Position numbers and translations under genes: made by a program
Shown here: piece after piece, positions 1 through 8,555 of the stretch
Layout: the number at the start of each line of letters is the position of its first letter
How positions within the stretch are numbered: position 1 is the stretch's first letter
Notes under the pieces: generated by a model
Told to the model about the DNA's origin: nothing
The model's database searches: none
Seen by the model: only the letters and a program-made list of their open reading frames with translations
DNA from: Candidatus Bipolaricaulia bacterium
GTDB taxonomy: Bacteria; Bipolaricaulota; Bipolaricaulia; JBHIAT01
Reading direction: 5' to 3'
Length of the DNA: 22,279 nt
Assembly (NCBI GenBank): GCA_046758705.1
Contig: JBHIAT010000045.1
Location: forward strand, 1-22,279

Positions 1-66
1 CGGTTGGGAACAGGTGCGGGTGTTGGTCAACAAGCTGGGTTTTAGTTTGGTCCGCGACAAGGTGAC

Positions 67-765
67 GTGGGGCAGGCGGCAGAACTCTTCGAGGAGAGCC
101 TGACCCTGTCGCGAGAACTGGGGGACAAGCAGAGCATCGCGGCCTCGCTCGACAACCTGGGGTGGGTGGCAACTAGCCAGGGTGACTACGGGCGGGCGGT
201 GGAACTCTACGAAGAGGCGCTGACCCTGGATCAGGAACTGGGGAACAAGCGAGGCATTGCGTTTTCGCTCTATGGTTTGGGGATCTTGGCGCACCAACAG
301 GGCAACTACGAGCGGGCGGCGGAACTCTACGAGAAGGGCTTGGCTCTGTGTCGGGAATTGGGGGACAAGCGGGGCATCATGATCTCGCTCATCAACCTGG
401 GGGAGGTGGTGTGCCAACAGGGTGACTTGGGGCGGGCGGTGGAACTCTACGAGGAGGGCTTGACCCTGGAGCAGGAACTGGGGCACAAGGAGGGCATGAC
501 CTATAGTCTGGAGGGATTGGCAGGGTTGATCTGTGCAAACGGGCAACCAGAGCGGGCAGCGCGGCTGTTTGGGGTGGCGGAGGCCGTGCGCGAAGCCATC
601 AGCGCTCCCCTGCCACCTGTCGACCGCGCCGAATATGAACGCAACGTGACTGTCGTGCGTGCTGGGTTAGGCAAGGAAGCGTTTGAGACGGTGTGGGCCG
701 AGGGACGAGCGATGACGCTGGAGCAGGCCATCGCATACGCGTTAGGGAAAGACGTCGATGGCTGA
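67..765 (+). CDS. Tetratricopeptide-repeat protein; C-terminal part of a STAND (NB-ARC/cyclase-TPR) type gene, 5' end disrupted or missing
   Basis: 40-aa TPR units (LG..A..QGDY.RA.ELYEE.L.L..ELG.K.GI) and terminal ERAARLFG...WAEGRAMTLEQAIAYAL motif typical of predicted ATPase-TPR proteins; in-frame TAG at 43-45; TPR pattern (RQGD) extends upstream of the GTG. Confidence 0.85.
   Translation: MGQAAELFEESLTLSRELGDKQSIAASLDNLGWVATSQGDYGRAVELYEEALTLDQELGNKRGIAFSLYGLGILAHQQGNYERAAELYEKGLALCRELGDKRGIMISLINLGEVVCQQGDLGRAVELYEEGLTLEQELGHKEGMTYSLEGLAGLICANGQPERAARLFGVAEAVREAISAPLPPVDRAEYERNVTVVRAGLGKEAFETVWAEGRAMTLEQAIAYALGKDVDG
70..500 (+). repeat. 120-nt coding tandem repeat (TPR units)
   Basis: gggcgggcggtggaactctacga-like block recurs at about 70, 190, 310 and 430. 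Confidence 0.8.
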
Positions 766-1345
766 TCTACCCGCTGGCCGGACGGTTCAACGATTCAAGG
801 AAAAATACGAATCCCTGGCCGGCAAGGTCCACCTTGCCGCTGATGCAATCGAAGTTGTCGAGCTCGTTTCACAGATTCTCCAGGAGGCTGACGCAACGTG
901 CGTGGCGCTGGCAGACCTTCCAGAGGAGTTGCAGAGGGCCATCGCACAACACTGTGTGGAAGCGGGGATCCAGGTTGTTCAGCCTCCGTTTGATGGTGCG
1001 TCACTGCCGCAGGCTCTCGATGCAGTTCAGGTGGGTGTCAACACCGCGGCGTTCGGGATCGCTGACACGGGCACGCTCGTGGAGGTGGCCACAGACGATG
1101 CCTTCCGATTGGTCTCGACCCTGCCTCGAGTGCACGTGAGTGTGATTCGGACCGAGGATCTGGTGGCCACGCTCGAAGACGTAGCGCCGCGACTCCGAGA
1201 GATCTACGAACGTCAACCGCGAAACTGCACCGTCATCTTTATCTCCGGACCCAGCCGTACCGGCGATATCGAGATGCAGCTTGTACTGGGGGTTCATGGC
1301 CCTGAGCAAACGCATGCAGTGGTATTGCAAGAAACGGAGCAATAA
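758..1345 (+). CDS. lutC: LUD-domain lactate utilisation protein C (LutC/YkgG family)
   Basis: GIADTGTLV, RLVSTLPRVH and ISGPSRTGDIEMQLVLGVHGP signature motifs. Confidence 0.9.
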   Translation: MADLPAGRTVQRFKEKYESLAGKVHLAADAIEVVELVSQILQEADATCVALADLPEELQRAIAQHCVEAGIQVVQPPFDGASLPQALDAVQVGVNTAAFGIADTGTLVEVATDDAFRLVSTLPRVHVSVIRTEDLVATLEDVAPRLREIYERQPRNCTVIFISGPSRTGDIEMQLVLGVHGPEQTHAVVLQETEQ

Positions 1346-1353
1346 GAGTAGCC

Positions 1354-3525
1354 ATGCCTGAGGATCGCTATCCCCGTCTTCACGAAAAGATCAATCGGGC
1401 TTTGGAAGAAAAGCCGAAGCGTGACGCGCTCTATCGAGCCATGAAGCGCGGTCGGAACAGCCGTGCGCAGGCGGTCGCTGAACTGCCCGGGGGGGAGGCG
1501 TTTCGTCAACAGGTCCGGGAGACCAAACTCCGCTGCCTCGACCGACAGGGTGAACTGGTGGAACGCTTCGCCGAGAAGGCTCAGGAGCGGGGTGCGATGG
1601 TGTTCATCGCTAAGGACGGTGCTGCGGCGATCGAATACATTCTCAACATCGTAAAGGAACGTAGTGCCAAGCTGGTGACGAAATCGAAGTCGCTCACCAG
1701 CGAAGAGATCGAGGTCAATCGCCCGATGGAAGAGGCGGGGATAAACGTGATCGAGACGGATCTGGGCGAGTTGATCATCCAGAAAGTCCATGAAAAGCCG
1801 TTTCACCTCGTTTTTCCGGCCGTACACAAGACGGCCGCTGAGGTGGCAGAGATCTTCAGCACGGCCACCGGCAAGGAGATCTCCAGTGACGTCAAAGAGA
1901 TTATGAAGGCGGTGCGCAACTACCTGCGGCCGATCTTCCTGAGCGCCGATATCGGGATGACCGGGGCTAACATCGCCATCGCTGAGACCGGAGCGATCGT
2001 CATCGAGACCAATGAAGGGAACGCACGACTGGTCTCCAGCATCCCTGATGTCCACATCTGCATCATGGGGATGGAGAAGGTTGTAGAGACGATCGAGGAC
2101 GCGCTCAAGATGATGCTGGCCCACCCGCTGAGCGCTACAGGGCAGCTGCTGACGACCTATGTGACCCTCATGGCGGGGAGGTCCCCGTTGGGTGAGGGAC
2201 AGGGGCGGGGGCCCCGGGAGTCTCACATCATCATCCTCGACAACGGCCGCACCCAAATGCGGGAAGACGCTCGTTTCAGCGATGCCCTCAATTGCATCCG
2301 CTGCGGGGCGTGCATGAATATCTGTCCAACCTACGGCGTGGTTGGCGGACACGCGTTTGGGCATATCTATCCGGGGCCGATCGGGATTCCGTGGACGGCG
2401 GGCGTGCACGGTCTGGAAAAAGCGGGCGACTTCGCGTCACTCTGTATCTCCTGCGGGCTCTGTATGGAGATCTGCCCCGCAGAGATCGACATCCCGATGA
2501 TGATCGCCAAGGTCAAGCACCGAGATATGGCCAGCCATCCGCCGCCCCGGGTCAACCAGGTGATGATGCAGGCCGAAGCCTTCGCCAGGTTTGGAAGCGC
2601 CACCGCTCCACTCTCCAATTGGTTTCTGAAGAGTCGGCCATTCCGCTGGTTACTGGAGCGGGCCATCGGTCTCGATCGGCATCGGGAGTTGCCCCCGTTC
2701 AAGCGGCGGACCTTTGAAAAGTGGTTCAGACGGAGACAAAGGAGGAGATCGGGTCGGGTTTCCCACTCCCAACCGGTGCGCCGTGTCGCATTCTTTGTGG
2801 ATCTCTACGCAAACTACAACGTGCCGGAGGTGGGGATGGCTGCGGTGGAGCAACTGGAAAAGTTAGGATGTGAGGTTGTGCTGCCACCTCAGAGATCGAG
2901 CGGTTATCCCTACATCGGCTACGGAGATCTTGATCGGGCAAAACAGGTGGCAGACTATAACGTGGCGCAGCTGGTGCCTTATGCAAAGGAGGGCTTCGAT
3001 ATCGTAGCGACGGAGCCGACGGCGGCCTACTGTCTCAAACAGTCCTACCCCAAGCTGCTCAACGATCGGAAAGATGCGAAGATCGTAGCCGATCGCACCT
3101 ACGAGCTGTTCGAGTACCTGTTGATATTGGATAGTGATAGCGAATACAGCTCGTCCCATCGGGAGCGGAAGGAGACTAAAGCTCCGCTTGAGGGACAGCG
3201 ATTCGGCTTCCATGTCTCCTGTCACCAGCGTCCGCTGACCGCTGGAAAACCGGCGATGGAGTGGCTGAGACGTTGCGGAGCTGATGTGGAACTGATCGAG
3301 ACGGGAACCTGTTGCGGTATGGGGGGGACCTTTGGGCTTAAGACCGGTCCGTTGGGCTACGAGCTATCTCAGGCGGTGGGAGAGCCCCTGTTTCAGCTGT
3401 TTGTGGAATCGGGGGTTGAGGTGATCGTCACCGAGAGCAGTGTCTGTCGGATCCATCTGGAAGAAGGGACGGGGCTGAGCGTGCGGTACCCTTTGGAGTT
3501 GCTGTCGCGCATTTCGAACGCCTGA
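1354..3525 (+). CDS. lutB: LutB/YkgF-like LUD + 4Fe-4S protein fused to C-terminal CCG (cysteine-rich) domains
   Basis: KSKSLTSEEI, ETDLGELIIQ, TNEGNARL, CIRCGACMNICP, CISCGLCMEICP; C-terminal HVSCHQR and TCCGMGGTFG. Confidence 0.88.
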   Translation: MPEDRYPRLHEKINRALEEKPKRDALYRAMKRGRNSRAQAVAELPGGEAFRQQVRETKLRCLDRQGELVERFAEKAQERGAMVFIAKDGAAAIEYILNIVKERSAKLVTKSKSLTSEEIEVNRPMEEAGINVIETDLGELIIQKVHEKPFHLVFPAVHKTAAEVAEIFSTATGKEISSDVKEIMKAVRNYLRPIFLSADIGMTGANIAIAETGAIVIETNEGNARLVSSIPDVHICIMGMEKVVETIEDALKMMLAHPLSATGQLLTTYVTLMAGRSPLGEGQGRGPRESHIIILDNGRTQMREDARFSDALNCIRCGACMNICPTYGVVGGHAFGHIYPGPIGIPWTAGVHGLEKAGDFASLCISCGLCMEICPAEIDIPMMIAKVKHRDMASHPPPRVNQVMMQAEAFARFGSATAPLSNWFLKSRPFRWLLERAIGLDRHRELPPFKRRTFEKWFRRRQRRRSGRVSHSQPVRRVAFFVDLYANYNVPEVGMAAVEQLEKLGCEVVLPPQRSSGYPYIGYGDLDRAKQVADYNVAQLVPYAKEGFDIVATEPTAAYCLKQSYPKLLNDRKDAKIVADRTYELFEYLLILDSDSEYSSSHRERKETKAPLEGQRFGFHVSCHQRPLTAGKPAMEWLRRCGADVELIETGTCCGMGGTFGLKTGPLGYELSQAVGEPLFQLFVESGVEVIVTESSVCRIHLEEGTGLSVRYPLELLSRISNA

Positions 3526-3557
3526 GGCGGGAACCAGGGAATCATCCCGGCATGGCC

Positions 3558-3600
3558 AAAAAATGGCGGGCCACCGCCCGGCGGCGATGGCCCATTCCAT
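3558..3600 (-). terminator. Intrinsic terminator downstream of the cold-shock gene
   Basis: Minus strand GGGCCATCGCC-gccg-GGCGGTGGCCC stem followed by gccaTTTTTT. Confidence 0.75.
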
Positions 3601-3625
3601 GCCTTCTGCTGTCAGAAACAGAGTT

Positions 3626-3835
3626 CTACCAGCTCTCAGACACTCTCTTGACATTCTTGGCCTTCGGCCCTCGACCCTCCTCGATCACCTCACACTCAAC
3701 TTGTTCGCCCTCCTTGAGCGTCTTGAAGCCGTCTCCCTGGATCTCAGAGAAGTGGACGAAAACGTCTCGACCGTCTTCCATCTCGACGAAGCCGTAGCCC
3801 TTCTGGTCACTGAACCACTTAACGGTTCCTTTCAT
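3626..3835 (-). CDS. Cold-shock protein (CspA family), 69 aa
   Basis: [17 protein letters not shown] (RNP1) and DVFVHFSEI (RNP2); GAGGAGG RBS upstream of ATG at 3835, shorter than the ORF track call. Confidence 0.95.
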   Translation of the reverse strand: MKGTVKWFSDQKGYGFVEMEDGRDVFVHFSEIQGDGFKTLKEGEQVECEVIEEGRGPKAKNVKRVSESW

Positions 3836-4202
3836 GGTACTTCGCACCTCCTCAGCCTTCCTACCTGCGATGGTGTCCGTACTATCCGGAGTTGGGTAGA
3901 GGCTATACCCAGTTCCATCCCATCTCAGAGCAACGGTCAGTTCAGGGTATTGATCGTCAAACAAGGGTGGCCGGTCAACGGTGGACGACGACATGAGACA
4001 CATCAAGGGAGGTCAACACATCTACGGACGACACCAACATGACTGGACGATACAGCACCCTCCGCTGAGCTATGTTTGCTTCAAACTCAACCTATCTGTA
4101 CTATATCAGAAACGAGCCAATGGGTCAAGGGCAAGACCTGTTCGTATTGATTCCAATCACATATAGAGTAGAGTAAAACGAAGGGGGTGAGGCAATAGGG
4201 AA

Positions 4203-4631
4203 ATGGCTAAGCGAGACGAAGAGATCGTTGAATTCTTGAAACAGACTCCGCTTTTCTCCCTGTGTCGAGAGAAGGATCTCAGGAGTATCATCAAGATTGC
4301 CAACGAGAAGAAGTTTGAAGCGGGATCCCCTATCATCAAGGAAGGGGATAGCGGGCTCGGTTTCTACCTCATCCTTGAGGGGAAAGTGGATATTAAGCGT
4401 GACGATCGGCTCCTGTCCCAACGTGGGGTCGGGGATTTCTTCGGAGAGATGACCCTGTTGGACGGGGGACCCCGTTCCGCCGATGTGATCGCCACCGAAC
4501 CGACGAGATGTTTGGTGTTGGCCAGATGGGATCTGAAAGATATCGTCAAATCCTACCCTGATGTCGCGCTGTACATGCTGGAGGAGTTATCCCGTCGTCT
4601 GCGAGAAACGGATCAGGCGCTGACTGAATAG
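4203..4631 (+). CDS. Stand-alone cyclic-nucleotide-binding domain protein
   Basis: IIKEGDSG..FYLILEGKV, GDFFGEMTLLDGGPRSADV phosphate-binding cassette; no HTH. Confidence 0.92.
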   Translation: MAKRDEEIVEFLKQTPLFSLCREKDLRSIIKIANEKKFEAGSPIIKEGDSGLGFYLILEGKVDIKRDDRLLSQRGVGDFFGEMTLLDGGPRSADVIATEPTRCLVLARWDLKDIVKSYPDVALYMLEELSRRLRETDQALTE

Positions 4632-4663
4632 CCTGTTTGGCACGATATAACAGGAGGTTTCCC

Positions 4664-6563
4664 ATGTCCGACCCGCCGTCTGGTACCGTCACCTTCCTGT
4701 ACACCGACATCGAAGGCAGCACTCAGCTCTGGGAGCAACATCCTGAAGCGGTGGAGATCACCCTCACCCGCCACGACACCCTGCTGCGTCACGCCATCGA
4801 AGCCAACAGTGGCCAGGTGTTCAGAACCGTCGGGGACGGCTTCTGTGCGGTCTTCATCACCGCCTCGGATGCCGTGGCTGCCGCCTTAGATGCCCAGCTT
4901 GCTCTACACGCCGAGGCATGGGGAGAGACCGGCCCACTGCGGGTGCGCATGGCGCTGCACACCGGCGAGGCGGAGGTGCGCAACGGCGATTACTTTGGCG
5001 CCTGCCTCAACCGCATCGCTCGCCTCCTCGCCGTGGCACACGGCGGCCAGACACTCCTCTCTCACGCCACCGAGCAACTGGTGCGCGATGCCCTGTCGGA
5101 GGGAGCAAGCCTGCAGGATCTGGGTGAAGTTCGCTTGCGTGATCTGACTTTGCCAGAGCGCGTTTTCCAACTGCAGCATCCCGATCTGCCCGCCGATTTC
5201 CCGCCTCTCAAGTCGCTCGACAGCCGTTCGAACAACCTCCCATTACAGCCCACACCGCTCATCGGACGGGAGAAGGAACTGGCTGCTGTCCAGAACGCCT
5301 GCAGACCGAGGAGGTGCGCCTGCTGACGCTCACGGGCGCTGGTGGCACGGGCAAAACCCGCCTGGGGCTGCAGGCAGCGGCCGATCTAATCGATGATTTC
5401 GAGGATGGTGTTTACTTTGTGGATCTAGCGCCCATCAGCGATCCCGGGCTGGTTGTCTCCGCCATCGCCCAGAAAATGGGCGTCAGGGAAGCTGAAGTCG
5501 GAGGACGACCGCTGCTCGACAGCCTGAAGGAACACCTGCGGGACAAGCAGATACTGCTGCTGCTCGATAACTTCGAGCAGGTCGTGGCAGCGGCGCCGCA
5601 GGTAGCGGAGCTGCTGGCGGCCTGTGCTTGGCTGAAGCTGCTGGTGACCAGTCGGGAGCCCTGCCACGTACGCGGCGAGCACGTGTTCCCAGTGCCGCCG
5701 TTAGCACTGCCCGAGCCCGACCGCAAGCGTCCGCTGGCTATCGAATACCTGATGCAGTACGAGGCGGTTCGTCTGTTCATCGATCGTGCGCAGGCCGTGA
5801 AGCCTGACTTTGCGGTCACCCACGAGAACGCCCCAGCGGTCGCCGAGATCTGCATCCGCCTGGATGGTCTACCGCTGGCGATCGAACTCGCTGCCGCCCG
5901 GATCACGCTGCTCCCACCGCAGGTGATGCTGGCGCGGCTCGGGAGCCGGCTCAAACTATTGACGGGGGGAGCACGGGACCTGCCAGCCCGCCAGCAGACA
6001 CTGCGGGCCACGATCGACTGGAGCTACGATCTGCTGGACGCCAGCGAGCAGACGTTGTTTGAGCGGCTATCGGTCTTTGTCGGTGGTTGCACGCTGGAGG
6101 TGGCGGAGGCAGTGTGTAACGGGACTGGCGACCTGGAGCTGGACGTGGACGTGTTAGATGGATTGGCCTCGCTGGTGGACAAGAACCTGCTGCGGCAGGA
6201 GGAGCAGGTGGAGGGAGCGCCGCGGTTCTTGATGCTGGAGACGATTCGGGAATACGGGTTGGAGCGTCTGGAGGCGAGTGGGGAAGCAGAAGCAACCCAG
6301 CGCACGCGCGCCGACTACTACCTTGCGTTAGCTGAACAGGCAGAGCCGAAGCTTTGGGGTGGTCCAGAGCAGGGGGAGTGGCTGGATCGGCTGGAGGTGG
6401 AACACGACAACCTGCGGGCGGCGCTGGCGTGGTGTGAGCAGAGCGGGGAGTGTGAGGTGGGGTTACGGTTGGGCGTGGCGTTGCGGCGGCGTGGGCCGAG
6501 GGACGAGCGATGACGCTGGAACAGGCCATCGCATACGCTTTAGAAAAGACTTCCAATGGCTGA
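4664..6563 (+). pseudogene. Class III adenylate/guanylate cyclase - NB-ARC-like ATPase - (TPR) gene with a 1-nt frameshift near 5293 and loss of the TPR region near 6485
   Basis: AGGAGG + ATG 4664; TFLYTDIEGST, VGDGF, DYFG..LNRIAR; Walker A GAGGTGKT and LLLLDNFEQ in the next frame; third frame carries only the terminal AWAEGRAMTLEQAIAYAL*. Confidence 0.85.
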
Positions 6564-6595
6564 AACATTCACCAGTTTTTTAGGAGGTGACAGAA

Positions 6596-7423
6596 ATGAC
6601 CTTCCCCGATAAGCATCTCGAAGCTGCCATCCGGCAAGCGATCGGCAAGCTCTCTGAGGAGATCTTACCAGAGGACCTTGCCGGTCTGGAAAAGCTCAAT
6701 GCTGCGCTCAGGAATCTGGAGTCCCTACAGGGGATCGAGCACCTCACGTCTCTTCAGGAGCTCTCCCTAGGGCGCAATAAGATCAGCGATATCGGTCCGC
6801 TGGTCCATCTCACCAGCCTGACTGGGCTTTGGCTTGGATTCAATGAGATCAGCGATATCAGCGTCCTGGCTGGGCTGACCCAACTGCAGTGGCTCGAGCT
6901 TGAGCGCAACCGGATCGGCGACATCAGCGCCCTGGCTAAGTTGACTCACCTGAAGCGGCTCGAACTGATGAACAACCGGATCAGCGATATCAGCGTCCTG
7001 GCTGGGCTGACCGAACTGAACGCGCTCGACCTCCAAGGCAACAGGATTTCGGATCTAAGGCCGCTGGCCAACCTCACCAATCTGACCGGGCTGGTTCTCA
7101 ACTACAACCACAGGATTGAGGACATCAGTCCGTTGGCCGGGCTGATCAACCTGACCGAACTTGAGCTCGGGGGCAACAGGATTTCGGATCTAAGGCCGCT
7201 GGCTAACCTCACGAACCTGACAAAGCTTTCGCTTGAAAATAACAGAATCAGCAACCTTCAGCCGCTCATCGAAAACAGCGATAACGGAGGATTGGGTGAG
7301 AGGAACTTTGTGGATCTCCGAGGCAATCCCCTTGACCTCACCAGGAGATCGGAAACCATGAGGGCGATCCGGTTGTTTAGAGACAGAGGGGTTTCAATTT
7401 TGATCGACCTTCCCCCCTCCTGA
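6596..7423 (+). CDS. Internalin-like leucine-rich repeat protein
   Basis: FPDKHLEAAIR cap then 22-aa LRRs (L..L.L..N.ISDIS.LA.LT); AGGAGG at 6582-6587 before ATG 6596. Confidence 0.9.
   Translation: MTFPDKHLEAAIRQAIGKLSEEILPEDLAGLEKLNAALRNLESLQGIEHLTSLQELSLGRNKISDIGPLVHLTSLTGLWLGFNEISDISVLAGLTQLQWLELERNRIGDISALAKLTHLKRLELMNNRISDISVLAGLTELNALDLQGNRISDLRPLANLTNLTGLVLNYNHRIEDISPLAGLINLTELELGGNRISDLRPLANLTNLTKLSLENNRISNLQPLIENSDNGGLGERNFVDLRGNPLDLTRRSETMRAIRLFRDRGVSILIDLPPS
6847..7203 (+). repeat. Exact internal duplications within the LRR gene
   Basis: 34-nt identity at 6847-6880 and 6979-7012; 32-nt identity at 7037-7068 and 7172-7203. Confidence 0.85.
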
Positions 7424-7450
7424 GGTTTCACATTTTCTGCCACCGCTGTA

Positions 7451-8053
7451 TCATCCGCTCCATTGACCTCTCCATCGGAAAAGACCCTTCGCTTCCTTCC
7501 CCTGTCTCATATAGTAGAAGATCATCTGGAAAATGCCCCCCACAAGCAGGACATCCCCAATGCTGAACACCCACATTTCTGAGGAGAGTATCGAGGTATA
7601 GTGGGGAATGTAAAGGATATCTCCCAGGAGGTTGAGCCGCGTCCCTTCAGTCATTAACGTGTGCTTAAAGTCCTGGCCATTTTGAAGCGACTGTACGATT
7701 GTGGGTGTGTCAAGCCCTGTACCCTGCATCGCTGTCAGTGATACCGGCATCTTCCCAACGTTGGCGGCGATGACGAGGAAGTTCAACACAAGCCCCAAGC
7801 CGATCAGTTTCATCCCGACCACCCGCCAGTTCTTCCACAACACCCAAAAGAGCAAGCCGTAGGTTCCCAGGTGGATATAGGGGTGGTAGGCCTGGAGGAA
7901 GGAGTTTCCCGGGGAGAAGATGAGCCCGAACTGGATGCCGAATGCCATGACGATCAGGAAGACCTGCTTCAGCGGGATATCGGCCAGCTTGCGGAAATCG
8001 CCTCCGGAAAGCCACGCCAGCAAAATTGCCAGGATGACTCCATCAATAAACAT
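7451..8053 (-). CDS. DUF5317-family integral membrane protein
   Basis: Multiple TM segments; LNFLVIAAN.GKMPVS, KHTL...TRL..LGDI..IP and VFSIGD motifs recognised as this family. Confidence 0.8.
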   Translation of the reverse strand: MFIDGVILAILLAWLSGGDFRKLADIPLKQVFLIVMAFGIQFGLIFSPGNSFLQAYHPYIHLGTYGLLFWVLWKNWRVVGMKLIGLGLVLNFLVIAANVGKMPVSLTAMQGTGLDTPTIVQSLQNGQDFKHTLMTEGTRLNLLGDILYIPHYTSILSSEMWVFSIGDVLLVGGIFQMIFYYMRQGKEAKGLFRWRGQWSG

Positions 8054-8077
8054 TGAGCGCCTCTTTCATCAGGGGGA

Positions 8078-8112
8078 GGGGAGAACGAGGGTATGAAGCC
8101 CCCGTTCTCCCC
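8078..8112 (-). promoter_or_regulatory. Intercistronic stem-loop between the small peptide ORF and the DUF5317 gene
   Basis: Perfect 10-bp inverted repeat GGGGAGAACG (8078-8087) / CGTTCTCCCC (8103-8112), extendable on the minus strand; no U-tract. Confidence 0.6.
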
Positions 8113-8201
8113 CTTGGACAACCTTATCCTCCTTGTCCAGATTCAGCGATCCTTATCGGAACCCCACCTGGGAGTAACAAATCAAGCAAGGGGAGTAGGG
8201 T

Positions 8202-8297
8202 TCAACTGCCCGCGACCCTTAACGCAGCTCCCCCTGCGAGCAACACACCGACCACGGGTAGCAGGATCAGGAACGCCTTCAACAGTCGTGCTCGCAT
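8202..8297 (-). CDS. Unannotated 31-aa signal-peptide-like protein MRARLLKAFLILLPVVGVLLAGGAALRVAGS
   Basis: AAGGAGGTG RBS (8312-8304) 6 nt before ATG 8297, TGA at 8204-8202; basic n-region, hydrophobic h-region, short tail. Confidence 0.75.
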   Translation of the reverse strand: MRARLLKAFLILLPVVGVLLAGGAALRVAGS

Positions 8298-8555
8298 TGT
8301 CTCCACCTCCTTGCCCCCTTCTTAGAGACCCAGTCCATCCGTCAGCGTCAGGGGGATGAACCGGCTCCACTCTCGAAAGGGTTGATGTGGGGTGTTATCG
8401 TATGGGGTGTCGACTGACCGCTACTCTTACAGGAGCCGATCAGTCAGGAGCTTAGCACAGTTTTTAATCCCCGTTGTTTTATAGCAGGAGAACCTCCCAT
8501 TTTTCTCCCAAATGGCTCCCATCCCTGTCCAAGGACCGGAAACCATCACCTTGTA

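Noticed and set aside
70-500. Periodic DNA repeats as a CRISPR array
   Set aside because: In-frame coding TPR repeats, degenerate, no cas genes
1294-2409. 371-aa minus-strand ORF and similar long antisense ORFs (8565-9320, 13750-14415, 19152-19817)
   Set aside because: Shadow ORFs opposite better-supported genes in GC-rich DNA; no recognisable motifs
3836-4006. N-terminal extension of the cold-shock ORF
   Set aside because: RBS and domain start point to ATG 3835
3981-4060. Three GGACGA(C/T) occurrences that might be a repeat array
   Set aside because: Only 6-7 nt with irregular spacing; not CRISPR-like
8182-8370. 62-aa minus ORF and plus ORFs 8053-8325 / 8093-8359
   Set aside because: No RBS or protein-like features; the 31-aa ORF in another frame explains the region better
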